From: Octopus sinensis
Taxonomy: Eukaryota
Reading direction: 5' to 3'
Length of the DNA stretch: 64,000 nt
Assembly (NCBI RefSeq): GCF_006345805.1
Contig: NC_043007.1
Coordinates: 28,706,001-28,770,000, forward strand
Shown here: positions 14,401-28,530 of the stretch, in pieces
Layout: each line of letters begins with the position of its first letter
How positions within the stretch are numbered: position 1 is the stretch's first letter
Notes under the pieces: model-generated
What the model was told of the DNA's origin: nothing
Seen by the model: the letters and a program-made list of their open reading frames with translations, nothing else
The model's database searches: none
Translations under genes and position numbers: made by a program

Positions 14401-17400
14401 AAAACTATCTTAGAGATAGTAAACAGTTTTATTTCAATGTCAAAAATGTTAATTCTGGCTAAACTAGTGTTGGTTCACTGTTCTTGAATAACATGGTATA
14501 GGTGTTTGGTGAACTTGTTCTATGAATGTTGTAAAGGGGTGTATAATATATATATTTCTACTCTCATACACATGATGGCCTTCTTTCAGTTTCTGTCTAC
14601 CAAATCTACTTAATGCTATGGTTGGCCCGGTTTACAGTAGAAGAGGGTGCTGCTGCACAGGGGGACTGAGCCCAAGACCCACATGGCGGAGAGGCAAGCT
14701 TCTTAAGCACACAATCACGACTGAGCCTACACACACACACCACACACACACTCAGTGTCCTTCATTGGACTAAACAGGTGAAAGTTGGAGGACACCAGAT
14801 CCAGCCTGTACTACAGTAGATGGGGGTGGGGGGCACCACTGACCAACCCAATTTGCTGATCTTCTGATTTCTTGCTAAAGATATTGTCATGGTAACACAT
14901 TGTTCATGGTAAATGTACCCCCTTTAAGCTAATGTATCATTCACTGTTCACAGTACAGTCGTGTTCAAGCGAATGAAAAATGGTTCCACTGTCACCATGC
15001 AGGTTTTCATGCCATTCCATGGACTGATCCACCATTTCTGGCTCATAAAGATACGCCCATGTTTCATCCACTGACACCAGATCAGAAGGAAAAAGTCTTC
15101 TCTGGCTTCAGATGCTTCCTGCAGATTAGAGCAGACTTCTGCTCTTCTCTCCTTCAAATCAAGAGTCAACTGTCAACATACCCTCTTTACACACGTACAC
15201 TTTCTGGTACCCAAAGTCTTCCATCATCTTCTGTAATGCAGGATGTCCACTGTGCAGTGGTGCTGCCATCTTGTGGTTTGTGACTCAATTCGTCCAATGA
15301 CTGACAAGTCATGTCAACGGTCACAGATGATGCTCTCCCATTTGTCTTCAAGTCTGGTTTCCTCTTCTTTAAACTTTTTATCCATTGATGCATATTACTC
15401 TTGTCAATGGTGTCGTCTCTATAGCCTTCTCTGGATGTTGGACAGCATGTGATCCTTTGGGAACTTGATGATGGCACATTGCTTCTGCTTGGAACCCTTA
15501 TTTGCCTTCAATAAAGAATAATAGGAAGAAGGGTTACTCTACCAATACGTGCAAGTTGAATGACCTGTGGTCTGTGAATATAAAAAGTTCTAACCACTTT
15601 TGTATTATTTTCAGGACAACCCTCATCTATTTGTAAGGAGGTTGTGTTGTTGAGGGAACAAATCTAGGAAGACTATCAACATTAATTTAATATATGATGA
15701 TTGAAAGATTTTCTTAAGTTTTGAGATGTATATTTTTAAAAATCTGTGTTGATCCCTTATAAAAACAGCTACAGATGAATGTATAAAGTAAAGCTCCCTC
15801 TTCATTTAGCACACATTAATATGGCTGCACTATTTTCACCTCCTCCTTTTTATCATGGTTTGTATTCTATTTTCTAATTTCCAATGACAACTAGCTAAAC
15901 CCTCCATTGTCACCTGTGTTGTTTCTTCATTAATATTTATTAAACAGTCATTGTTGTTTTTTTATCTTTTACCTGGATGCAAGATTGGGAAGTAGTCTCT
16001 TTTATCTGTGTGGAATGTCTGATTCTAGAACATTTCTTCAATTTCTTGTTACTTAGGCTGAAAAGCTCTTGAAGAAACAGATGAAGAAAGAACGAGCTGA
16101 TAGAATTTTAAATGAACACAAACGACTGAAACAGGTGTTGTTGATCCAAAACTTGCTGGACAGTTTTGGAATGGAGCAGGTTCGCAATGATTTCCGAAAT
16201 GGCTGGCATTCAGCAGTTGTAAGTATTTCGATAGAACTGAAACAAGTTGGGATTTGTGAAAAAAAAGACATTATTGTATAAAGTCAGAACCAAAATTTGG
16301 TTTCATTTCTAACTTACTGAAGGATCAATTAACTTTATTAATTTTAATATTCTTTTAATTTGAATCTTGTTATTTTACAAATTTTGCAAAGACAGTCTTT
16401 GCTTCTTTAACATGTCTAGGTAGACAGGGTTGCATGGGTTTTGGGGTTCAGTCTCACTGCACAGCGTCTTGAACAATTTTCTTCTGCCAAAGCTTCAGAT
16501 CAGCTAAAACTCTGGGAGTAAAATTTGCAAGATGGAAGCTTGATAAAGTCCATGGAGAGACTGGTCTTGTTTTTGGGTTGAAGCTTTAATCCATTACCTG
16601 TCCTTTAGTGAAGTCCACTTTGTACTTTACCTTCTCTCACACCAGTCTCAGAGAACCCATAAACAGTCTCTGTGTTGAGGAAACATTACAAAACGTAGAT
16701 TAGCTGAAACTGCAATTTAGGTTAACTAATGTTAATTTATGAATTTCATTGTCAAGTCTATAGAATGAAGAACTAATAAGGTTTTGTTATTTCTCAACAT
16801 AAAGCATTGTTGATGCCACTTACATTTGTTAATGTCAAAATTACAAGATGTTTTCTTTTGCTATTTTTATCTATTTTTTTTAAGGATTTGGTTGATGCTT
16901 CTAAAGTTAATTTTTTGTTTGTTTTTTAACAGGTTCTAACTGAAGAGAATCTCACTCAGCTGGATAATATCTATAAACATATATGTCCATCTCGAGATAA
17001 TCAACAGGATTTTGTTACTGCTTCTGAACATTTATGTAGCTTATTGGATGGCAAAGACAAAGCTGTTCTTGGCACCACTTATAAAGAATTAAAGAAGCTG
17101 ATAGATTTAATTCTTGCGTGTGGCTACTTTGAAAATGCTCCTCGTTATGACGCCAATGGACCTTCAACAGAAGGTTAGTTGGTTCCCTTATCTCCTCCCC
17201 TTCTGTCTGGAAAGTTTGTATCATAGAACTAGGAATGGTCTCAGGTGGATTGGTATTGAAATGGGGTAGATACTGGAAGAGATTTCATGGGTGCAACCAA
17301 TTTTTAATTTTCTCCAAAAAATGATTTAAGAATTATAATTCATAAACATAGATTCTGGTGAGTTTTAGGTATTGTATATAGAATGAATGTAACTATATAT

Positions 17401-20400
17401 AGAGTACTTACTCTATATGTGTGGTTTCTTTTATGGTCACCAGTTCTGAGGATTGTCACTGTTTGGAAGTATTCTACACATAAATTCTAGGTTTATCATG
17501 TTGAGGTAGACTTATACAATTCTAAACACAGTTTTTAATGAAAGTAAACTGTTTTGATTACTTGAAAATACATTGAGAATATTTTCACTCCATTGTTTAG
17601 TGATGAAAGACTGAGAAATGTAAGGATCAAATGATAATTTGATTTATCTCAGTTTTTGTGAGTTTTATTGTCATACGAGTGGTTATTTTTATTAAGTCTG
17701 TCCAAAATTTTGATTATTTTAGAAATAAAATGCATGGACAATATTTAATTTGAGACAAGGTCATGAAAGGGTCAAGTGAATCATCAAAGAAATATCTTTG
17801 TTAATCAGCTAGTAGTTATATTATTTCATCATTATCATTTATTATCCATTATGGGTTTAGCATTGTTTTTACGGCTGGATGCCCTTCTTAATGCTAATGA
17901 TATAATAGAGTGGAACTTTTCTAATTAACAATATTAGATTTAAAAAACACTTCTTGCTACAGTTAAATTTCTGGAAAACCACATTGATTTACAAATATAA
18001 AGTGTTTTCAGTTATTGTAAATATCTGTTTATTGATACTTAAAAATATTTTTGTTAAATCATAATTTCTTGTGTGAGATATTTAAATTTTAACACATTGC
18101 ATGTCAGCTCCTGCTGCTGAAAAATCCAGTGAAAAACCCGTGGAAGAACCAGCTACAGTTGTTCCTGTTGAAGTGAACCCAGCTGAGCTGAAGCAACACA
18201 CAGAGGAAGTCGTAGCCCCGAAACTGGAACCTGAGAAACAGCCTGAAGTCATACTAGAACCAGTGGACAACAGGAAAAACAATACAAGACTGGAAAATCA
18301 CATTGATAATGATTCTTCTTTCTTCACGACTGGCTCCTCTTTTCCACGTCATCGTCCTTTCCAAGAAATTGTTTCTTCTGTACAAGGAAGTTTTAACTTC
18401 TTGCAGGAATCTACCATAGATTTAGATTGTAAGTATGTTTTCTTCAAATTAGTTGCGTTAGAGACGAGAGAATGATATCAACTCAATTTTTTGATTGAAG
18501 CAATCTTGGGATGTTCATAAATTTTAGATCCTTACAGTCATCCAGTTCAATATCTTATTTTTGTGCAGTAACCTAAGTTCAAGCAGTCTGAGTTTTGTTA
18601 GAACATGGTCTGGGAATATTTGTAGAAACTAAATTTCAAATTCAAAACAAGAAGTACAAATTGAAAATTAAAGAAAGAAAATTCTTCTGTGAAATGAAAT
18701 AAAACTGACAAAAGCCAAAATTATTAACATAAATCTGGGATCACGTCTTGCTTGATTGGTGTTGACCTGCTGTTAGATTTGCATCTTAAATTTTCACTGA
18801 CCCCGTAACTACTCGTTTCACTTACAAATTAACACTAAATCATTGCCATCTTAATTACAATATCTATAAATCAGAATTAATTAGTTATAAAAGATGAATT
18901 TAGATTTTCATTTAGTTTAGTATTTTGCTGCTTATACTGATCAGCTGTATACTGAAAACCATTTCCATGGTTGAGTGGTTCTGTGAGATGTGGGAAATGG
19001 CATTCCATCAGTTATGATGATGAGGGTTCCAGTTGATCTGATCAACAGAACAGCTTGCTTGTGAAATTAATATGCAAATGGCTGAGTACTCCACAGACAT
19101 GCATACCCTTAATGTAGTTCAACATTACAGAGAATGTGACAAAGCTGGCCCTTTTGAAATAAAGGCACAACCCATTTTTGTCAGTTGAGTGGACTGGAGC
19201 AATCTATATATATAAAACCCAACTTGTGTGTCTGTGTTTAACTTCCCGGCACATCTCCTCCTAGCCAACAAATCGTAGAACCACCAAAAATGGGTCACTT
19301 AAAGTTTAGGCAAATGAAAATTGAACTGCGCTATTTCTGTTCCGAAATTCATCTCGCAAGTGCAAAAATCGATAATGTGTTTGTTTAGGCCTTATCCCAA
19401 GCATTGAATAGTGAACTTTACTCAGTCAGCTGTTTGACGTGAACTGTGTTCACCACACGTGCAAGCATGCGTAAATTGCATGAAAAATAAAAAAATCAAG
19501 ATATAAAAACGAATCGCCGTAAACATTGTAGAAATTCGGCAAAGAAATGAATTTTCGGGATGTAGCTTGGAGGGGTTTTTCGTATTAATCGTTTGGACTT
19601 TGTGAACACATACCAATTGTTTTCATAACATTTTTAACGCTTTGAATTAAATGTGATCATTTTGCGTTGAGTCTGCAGTTTGAATCACTTTAACCAAATT
19701 TTAGCAGGCCGGATTTTTGATCATCACGATACATTGCCAGCAACTCCCTGAAACTCTCCCCTGAAATCCCCGTTGAGAAATCTATATATATAAAACTCAA
19801 CTTGTGTGTCTGTGTGTTTAACTTTTGGATCTACCAAGTTTCATTATTAAGGATGGAAAGTAGTGTGTAGCAAATCTATATATATAAAGCTGAAGTTGTC
19901 TGTGTGTGGCAGGTTTGGTAGCCTTCAACTAACACTATCTCCTTCGAGACCCTGCAGTGCAAGTTGACCAAAATTGAGAGTATGATAGAAGAAGGCTTGC
20001 TCTTCATTCTGTAGAAGATAAAATTCAAATCGGACCATGTTAACACCAAAAATTATTTACATCAAAAAGGTGCTTTTTTTCTATGAAAATCCCTATTTTT
20101 TACAATTTTTGACTGCTGTGTCACCATTTTTCGGTGTATTCCAACTGGAAAAATATTCACTTGAAGAGAATAGCAAGTTGCATAATGCAAAATTTTTACT
20201 TTTCAAAAATTCCAATTCTAAAGGGTCGAAACAAACCCAAGCAACACCGGGTGATACTACTAGTGTGAAATAAAGTGTCTTGCTCAAGGACACAACCTGT
20301 TGCTGGGAATCAAACTGATGATTGTGAACTGAGTACCCTAACCACTAAGCCATGCACCTTCACAGAAATAAGTTGTTAGGAATTGTTTCTTAGTTTCCCT

Positions 20401-23400
20401 ATCTTCTCATCCAAGGTTTCTTTTTTTTATTTCTTATAAAATATTTTCCTTGATAAAACCTGGCTAATTAAAGGAATATAATGGTGAATAATTTTTCCTG
20501 CTTTTGAAAGATTTTGACTTTGGTGAAAATGTCAAATTGTTTTTGTAGCTCCACAACATATGGACCCGGCTGTAGTAGCTGCTCATCCCATGCCAGCAGT
20601 CCGACATGCACCAAATACATCGGTCGATGTTAACAGTCTCACTCAGGCAGGATTTGTTGCTCCTGGCTACGACCAAACTGCTGCTGCTGTCGCAGCAGTT
20701 GCTGCTGCACAATCTCAACAACAACAACAACAACAACAGCCGCAGCAGCAGCAACCCCCACATCAACCAGCACCACCACCACCACCACCATCAACAACTG
20801 TGCCTGCTTCACATCATCCAGTGATTAAATCGACACCTCAGTCAACCGTGCAACATGTACAACAAGCACTTCCACCATCAGTGCAACCTAATTCAGCAGT
20901 GACACTGGATGTTGCATCTGCTAATCCAGCTCAGGCCCATGCTACAGCTCTCTTATCGACCACGCCTGCTGCTGCTGCTGCTGCCGCTGCCGCTGCCAAT
21001 GTGGTTAGCCAACAACTGGACTACTCGAACCAAGCATTCACTCAGAATGCAATTTCTCAAAATTTATCCACCGATTCTTTATTCCATTCGGTGGAAGACT
21101 GCGCACCCACTCACTCTATGATTGGCCAATCTGTAAACGATACTTCTGTACCTGCATTTGAAATTCCGACCATTCCCTTGCCAAACCAAACACAAGTGAG
21201 TAGATTTCTCTTCTCAACAATTTTGTTGATTTCAAATTTGACATTTTTATGAAAAGTAACAAAATTTAAAGTGTACAGACATAAAAAAAAAAAAAAGGTT
21301 AACCACTGAAACTCCTCCACTCCTCCAAAATGTCTCATAGATTCATTCAGTTGTGTTAGCTTTGAAGAATATTTTTACTGTTTATTTTTGAGTAGAAGAA
21401 AACGATAGACTATAAGAATCTTAAAGATTCATTTTACTTGGGGAATAGAATGTGATGGATGGACAGAGAAATAAAGCTCTTATTATATTCAAATGAACTT
21501 TTGATTTGTGGAAAAATTGTTTATTTAAAATCTGAATTAGATTTCAGAAATCCACGTTCTGTCAAAAAATGACTTTGCAGTACACGGTTACTTGCAGTGT
21601 CTCTTGCAAGTGTTAGTGATTTGTAGAGACAGATGCTGTTAGAGGGGAGATAACCTCTCCTTTAGTGAAGGTGATGCTGTTAGAGGGGAGATAACCTCTC
21701 CTTTAGTGAAGGTGATGACCGTCCAAGTTTGTCCTTCTTTCCATCTGATGGCCCTTTTCAGTTATGCACTTGGTTACACTCTCCACACTAAGCTATGATG
21801 TTAGCCATAACTCAGCTTGCTTCACTGCAAACTGATCAGTTTTGGTCCCTTTTTTTTCCTGAAGTACCATCCTATTACTTGGTGGTGTTTTTATATTGTG
21901 ATTTGATTGACCAGTGGCTTGTGAGTGCCCCCCCCCCCGTGTATTGGAGTACTTTCTGTAAGGTGAGAGTTGGCAATCACTATAGCAACAAATTTAGTGT
22001 ACAGTTTGCCATGCTTCAGTCCCTTCTTATTTATCATGAGTCCCCTAGGCTGTAACAGAGGAATTTAAAACTGGTTGCTCTTGGGCGCTCCTCTATACGT
22101 ATGACCTGGTTCTTGTAACTGAATTTATGGTAGAATTAGGGAAGAAAATTTAGGTGTGGAATCAAAACTTGCAATCAAAGGACCTTCAGAGTTTACTTGG
22201 CTGAGACCAAAATTCTAGTAATTGGGAAAACTGACCTCTCCAGAAAAATTGCCCTCCTTAATATATAGAAAAGGTGTGGGTAAGAATTCCATATGGTGTT
22301 CCCAGTGCAAACTGTGGAAACTTAGGTGTTGTGGAATCACAGGAAGGTTAACAGAAAAAGTAAACTTTGTGGCTGACGTGCAGTAACAATAAAGCAATGC
22401 TGCATGTTAGCCTTTGTGGTAGTTCTCTCTTTCCATTAGCTCTGTTTGTCTCTCACCATTTCTTCCCTTATATCATCCCTTGCATTGTGCATCTCTCTTG
22501 CATGCCACCTCCCACCCCCACTCTTTACATCATATTTGCTGCCACCTTTTACCCCACCGGCCCAATCCTACTTCTACTTTTCCCTCCAACTGATATACTT
22601 GATCACACCCCTCACCCATATTCACCACTTACTTAATTTCCCTCTGTCCATCTATCACTCTCTTTTCACAGCCTTACAAACTTACCTAACCACATAACTT
22701 ATATTTTTGTATCTTGAAAGTAGGCCTTGACACCTCATCATCATCTCTCTTCTCTCCCTTCCAACTGGGGTAGCCATGTATCTCTTGTGAGATATCTCTC
22801 TCATATAAAACTTGTCATTTCTAACTCTCATCACCCGGCATAAAGACCCCTTCCTAAATACTACACCCTCCCGGTTGAGGGTCTTGCAAGTTCCTTTATG
22901 TATGTTTTTGTGTTTTATATATATGTATATGCATGTGTGTGCACTCATGTTTGTACACCCATGTCTGTACATTGTTGGTCTTCTGCACTATTCCTGTCTA
23001 TGAAATTCATCCCCTGATGAAGATCTTGGTCCACCACTGGCTCAAGTCAGTTATTTATCCAAGGTGCTACACAATGGAGGAAGACTTGGGAACTACTCAA
23101 GAACAATTGAACATTGAACAGAACCAAGACAGGAATTGAAATTGTAACTTTGTTTCCTCACTGTTTTTGAACTTATTTCACCTGTGTAGATTTAAATTGT
23201 GTTGTCTCTTTCACCTGTGTAGATTTAAATTGTGTTGTCCCTTTCACGATTCATGCAGTATTTCTTGAATTATTAATATGTATCCTGTTTATGAATTTTC
23301 CAGTTAACAGATGGAGCTATCAGTCCCTTTGTGAAGGTAACTCTCTAATCTTTACTATACTGTTACCCTACTTGGAGCCAGAAAGATCTTAACCAGTCTT

Positions 23401-26400
23401 TGTTTAATTATACTATTTATACTTTAATTAGTTTATTTTGTTTTAAATTATGAAAATGAGTGTGAACAGTCTATGTAATGAGAATTATTATTTTTGTGAT
23501 TTTGGCCAGTATCAATTTCTTTGGAATCATTGTATTCTGACTATAACTATAGTAAAAGCATGAGCATCACTGTTTACCATTTCCCATATCATTCAGAGAC
23601 TTAATATTTAATTATGTAAATCTGTTTAAATACTTCTGGCTCCAGCTTGTTCATATTTTTATCTCCTCACAACTGGAATAGGACAGAAATTGTACCATTC
23701 ACAGAAACGTTATTATTTCCAGGATGCCAGCTCCCAGTCTCACGCTGTTAAAAAAATTACCAACTTAAATGCCAATGCAGCCGTATTCCAATCTATGAAT
23801 GCCAATGCAGCTGTGTTCCAGCCACAACATACAGACGCCAGCCCAAATAATGAAGTGAAGAGTCAGTTATCACCTCAACCTACAGATTACAATCAGGGTT
23901 GGTAAAGTTTCATGAAATTTTCTCTGGACTTTGGTTTCTGGGATTTGTTACAGCAGAGTATGTATGTGCACACAGACACACACACACACACAACACTGTA
24001 TATTTACAATATTTATGTCTACACTGTCTTTTGATTTCCAACAGATGTGAAATGATGATGATGAATCATCTTTGTGTCTTATCCAAGTTTCCTTACTGGA
24101 TTGAACTAAGAAACCTTTGTTCATAAACTAAGACTAGTCGTGTCTGTTATCCATTGTCAATGCACTTGGAAGTGACGATTAGAAAATGTCATTGCTACAT
24201 TAGTTTTAACCCTTTCAATATTAACCCGGCCGAGAGTACCCATTGTTATTGAAATGTGAATTTAAACACAAATATCGTTATTTGTGAAAATACGTGATTT
24301 TCACTTTGTAAACAGTTGAGTTGTAGTATCCGACGTTGCTTGACGTGAATTTTGGGAGATTTTTTTCCACATTTTTTCGGTGTCGATTTTTTTTTTCAAC
24401 TTTGAAAATGGATAGGAGTTTGATGCTTTCAAGCAGTGATTCTGAATTTAAAGGTTTCCAACAGAAAATATGGAGATATCGAGAAAAAGAATGAATGGGG
24501 TACAAAAGCACGTGGTGTACGAGAATGAATAGGATATTTCTGTCTCCGAAACTGAAAGCAGCGATTCTGAAGAAACTGAAAGCGGCGATAGTGACAGCAA
24601 AGACGATTTTACATCGGAATGAAGTAAAAGCTTTAAAAATGTTTTTATTAGCAATTTTTCTGAGGAGATAGAGTTTATCTTTAGTCTTTCTTAGGGAGTG
24701 AAACCATTAGGCTTTTATTTTTTTCAGTATGCTTGTTTGTGGCGATCACTGCGGACCAAACTGTTACGCAGAATGTAAACAAACAGTATATGCCAGGAAA
24801 GGCCACGAAATGGGGGATCAAAGTTTGGAAAATTTGTGAAGCAAATACTGGGTACTGCTGTGGATTTAGTTTTTATACAGGAAAAATAATGTTAGTCAGC
24901 ATGGCCTAGGGTACGATGTGGTCTGGAATTTATCACTTCCATACCATAACCAGGGCTGTATATTATTTTTTGACCAATTTTTTTTAGTTCAGTCAAACTT
25001 GCGGTAGATTTAGGTGGATTCCAGTATTTCAGTTTATTCCACCTTTATGGTACACCTGTTCTGTTGTGCATTAAATTCAACTGATAATCTAGTGATGTGC
25101 ACAATTCTTCTATATCAAAATTTTGTTGCATACCCAATTGAATATTAGCTGATGATTAATTTTCTATGATATTTAAACAAAATTTTAATATTTTTACCTC
25201 TTGCTCAGTTTACCTGGATTTAACTGTAATTAGAGTCACTTTGAGACAAAAGTTATGCAATAGAATTGATTAAGAACCCTTTCTTTAATTATGTTCCAGA
25301 TATCACATTAATATGTTGATAAATAAGAAAGTTACAGTTGTTTAATGAAACTAGTCTAAATTCATGATTATTTTAGAATTTCATTGAAACTCATGAAGGG
25401 TGTATTTTGGCCAGAAGTATAGTAATGAAAGGGTTAAAGAGCTACAGTCTTTGTTAAAATCTGGATATGTATCAGGCAATAAGCTTAGTGGCTTGATGTT
25501 GAGATATCTGTTTATATAGCTTCATTTATAGCACTAGTGGTTATAGGTTGAGATTCAACAATGACACCACATGACAATCATAATTTAGTTCAGAATGATT
25601 GAAATGTTGTTTAGTTATAATTCATATTTTATAAACATACTTTTTAAAGAAGAGGAATATGGAAGATGGGGCTTTTTGCGGGCACAGATTGGGCTCATGG
25701 ATAAGGTCCTGTGAGTGAATAGACATAAATATAATGCTTTTAGGACATCACTTTTGCTGTGACAGACTGGTCTTGTTGAGCTGCTGCACAGCAAATTGCC
25801 ATCATCTCAGTTGTTGGTTGTCTCCTCTGTGAGGCTCAATATCTTGAGATTAGCCTTCACCACTTAATCCCATATCTTCCTGGGTCTCCTTCTGCAAGTT
25901 CCATTAACTGTAAGCAATCAGCACTTTATACACCATACATCCCACACCCATACTAGTGCAGTCGGCTCTCTTGCACCTGACATTTGATACCTCATGCCCA
26001 GTTTTTCTCTCAGTACATTTGCACTTTGCTGTACGTACACCCTGACATTGCACACCCAGAAGAGCATACTAGCTTCACTCCTTGTTTTCACGTATCCACT
26101 GCATTCAGGGCCCACGTTTCACTACCATGTAGCATTGCTGTTCAACAAGCATCATACAATCTGCTTTTCATTCTGAGAGAGAGAGAGAGACCTTTTGCCA
26201 CCTTTTGTAAAAGCTCTTTGAAATTTCTCCATTCTATTCTTATTCCAGCAACTTTATTTTCAGAAGAACCTCCCCTACAGCTAATTAGGTCATCTAGGTA
26301 ATAGAAATTCTCTACTACTTCTAAAGATTCACCTGGGCATTCAAGAAAATTTACTTCCTGTATGTCATGCAAAGACTACTTTCTTTAACCTTCCTGTGAT

Positions 26401-28473
26401 TTCATTGTACCTTGTGTATGTCCACAGCTTGCTTTGGGTACACCTTATGGAATTCCTACTTATACTTTCTACGTATTAAATATCGGGCAGAGCCATTTTC
26501 CTGATGGAAGCAGATACTTCACTATTTTTCTGCTTACTAAAATTCTGGTCTTTGTTTTAAGCTAAACTTTGAGGCCATTTGATTTCTTTTGCTTCTGTAC
26601 CTGATATTTCTTTTTCTAATTCTTCTACAGATTTTGCGATAAGAATGAAATCATCAGTAGATCTTAAGGGCAGTGAGTTTTAAATTTCTCTATTATATCC
26701 AGGAGGACTCTGATGAATGGGAGGGGACTGAGGACCAAGCCCTAATAAACTACCTGTACACTGAATGCATTATTGTGCTCTTTGCTAAATCTCCCCTGAC
26801 TGATGCCACTCCTGTACATAGCTTGTATAGCTTTCACAAGCCATTTGTCTATCCCTAGCTTCTTTAACAACCAAATCACAAAGCAAGGGATCCTTTCAAG
26901 GGCTTTCTTCATGGTTTAGCTGTCTTACTAAAAGGAGGGCATCAGTATTGCTTCTTGCTAACACAAAAACCAAACATCTTATCCAAACTAAATTCTGTCA
27001 CTTTCACAACCTGATCCAACAATTTGATTTCCCTGTAAATACTTCTCTGTAAGACATCTCCTTTATTAACAATTGACTATGATGCTGCCAGTTACTCCTC
27101 ACTCTCCTTAGAACCCTTTCATTTTAACTCCAGCTCTCAATTTCAACATCATCCATTTCTGCTTTATTTTCTACTGCTCACCCTTTTCTGTGTTTCAAGG
27201 TATCTCTTTCTCTCTCCTGAGATCTTAGGATTGCCATATCTTTAACACCTTACCATATCTGCTATCATTCTCATTACCCTTTTATATCTACAGTTCACTG
27301 TCCCCATCTCTATATATACTCCCTTATACATCAAATCCTCATCACTCGCAGCCCCTTTATTTTCTGATCTATCTACAGACTTATACTGCTGCTCTCCACT
27401 CTACCTGTACTGCTTCTTATCTCACCCTTCCTCCTTAGCTGCCCCTGTTTCTCATTAATGTTTACCATTGACCATCCCTCCACCCTTGTTCCTTTTACTA
27501 CATTCACCTCCCATCTCTCTCAAATGAACTTATCTCCACACATATGTTCCTCTGTTCATATTCTCTCTCCTCTTCACCTTGTGCCTTGAGTGTGTGCACT
27601 GACCCCTTGTCACTACCATCCTTTATCTCTCTTCCCAGTTACTCTCACCCACCCTTATCTAAGGCAGAGTATCCAAGCAGCTTCTCTGCAGCAAAATACC
27701 TCTACTTGTCCCTCTTTCATACTTTAGCCTGTCTATGACAGGCATAAAGCCACTTCACTTTTTGCTATAACCCCACTCACTCGAAGGGTCTTTTTCCTTG
27801 TCTTGTGGCTTACTTGGCAAATTCACTGAGGAAAGCCCCTTGTACATGCTGTGAAACGGTTGGTGTTAGGAAGGGCATCCCAATGCAGACACTGGAGCTC
27901 CCTGCAGTCTTCTGGCTCATTGCATCCTGTCATCGCCATCGGACTTTTGCTTGTCTGGAATATGTTGAGGATTGAAAGGTGTTTTGTCTTTTACATGCTT
28001 TAATCATTGGACAGTGGTCAGGCTGGAGCACTACATTAAAGGGTTTAATCTAAGAAAGTGACATATTTTAAAGTTTGGTGCTTCTTCTGTCTTTTTTGCC
28101 TAACTATTAAGTTATTGGGATGTAAACAAACCAATGCTGATTGTGAAGCAGTGATGGGGGGGGGGACAAACACAACACACACAAAAACAAAGGGCTTTTT
28201 TTTAGTTTCCCTCTTCCAGATCCACTCACAAGGCTTTGGTTGGTTCAGGCCTAAAACACTTGCTCAAGGTGCTACACAGTAGGACTGAACTTCAAACCAC
28301 ATGGTTGGCAAACAGGCTCCTTACCTCTACAGCCAATCATTTCATTTTATATAATTATTCATCCCTCGTTATTTTTACAGATCATGTTAATAATATTGGG
28401 TTTAGTTACTATTACTACGACTACTTTTAATAATATTAACAAGAACATTGAATTTGAGTGCATTTAAGCAGGT

Positions 28474-28530
<57 letters not shown>

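Noticed and set aside
23010-23060. cccctgatgaag, a possible Penelope-type hammerhead
   Set aside because: I could not find a matching stem II/GAAA or closing helices.
24448-24654. 68-aa Ser-rich minus-strand ORF
   Set aside because: Antisense of the acidic remnant within the piggyBac derivative.
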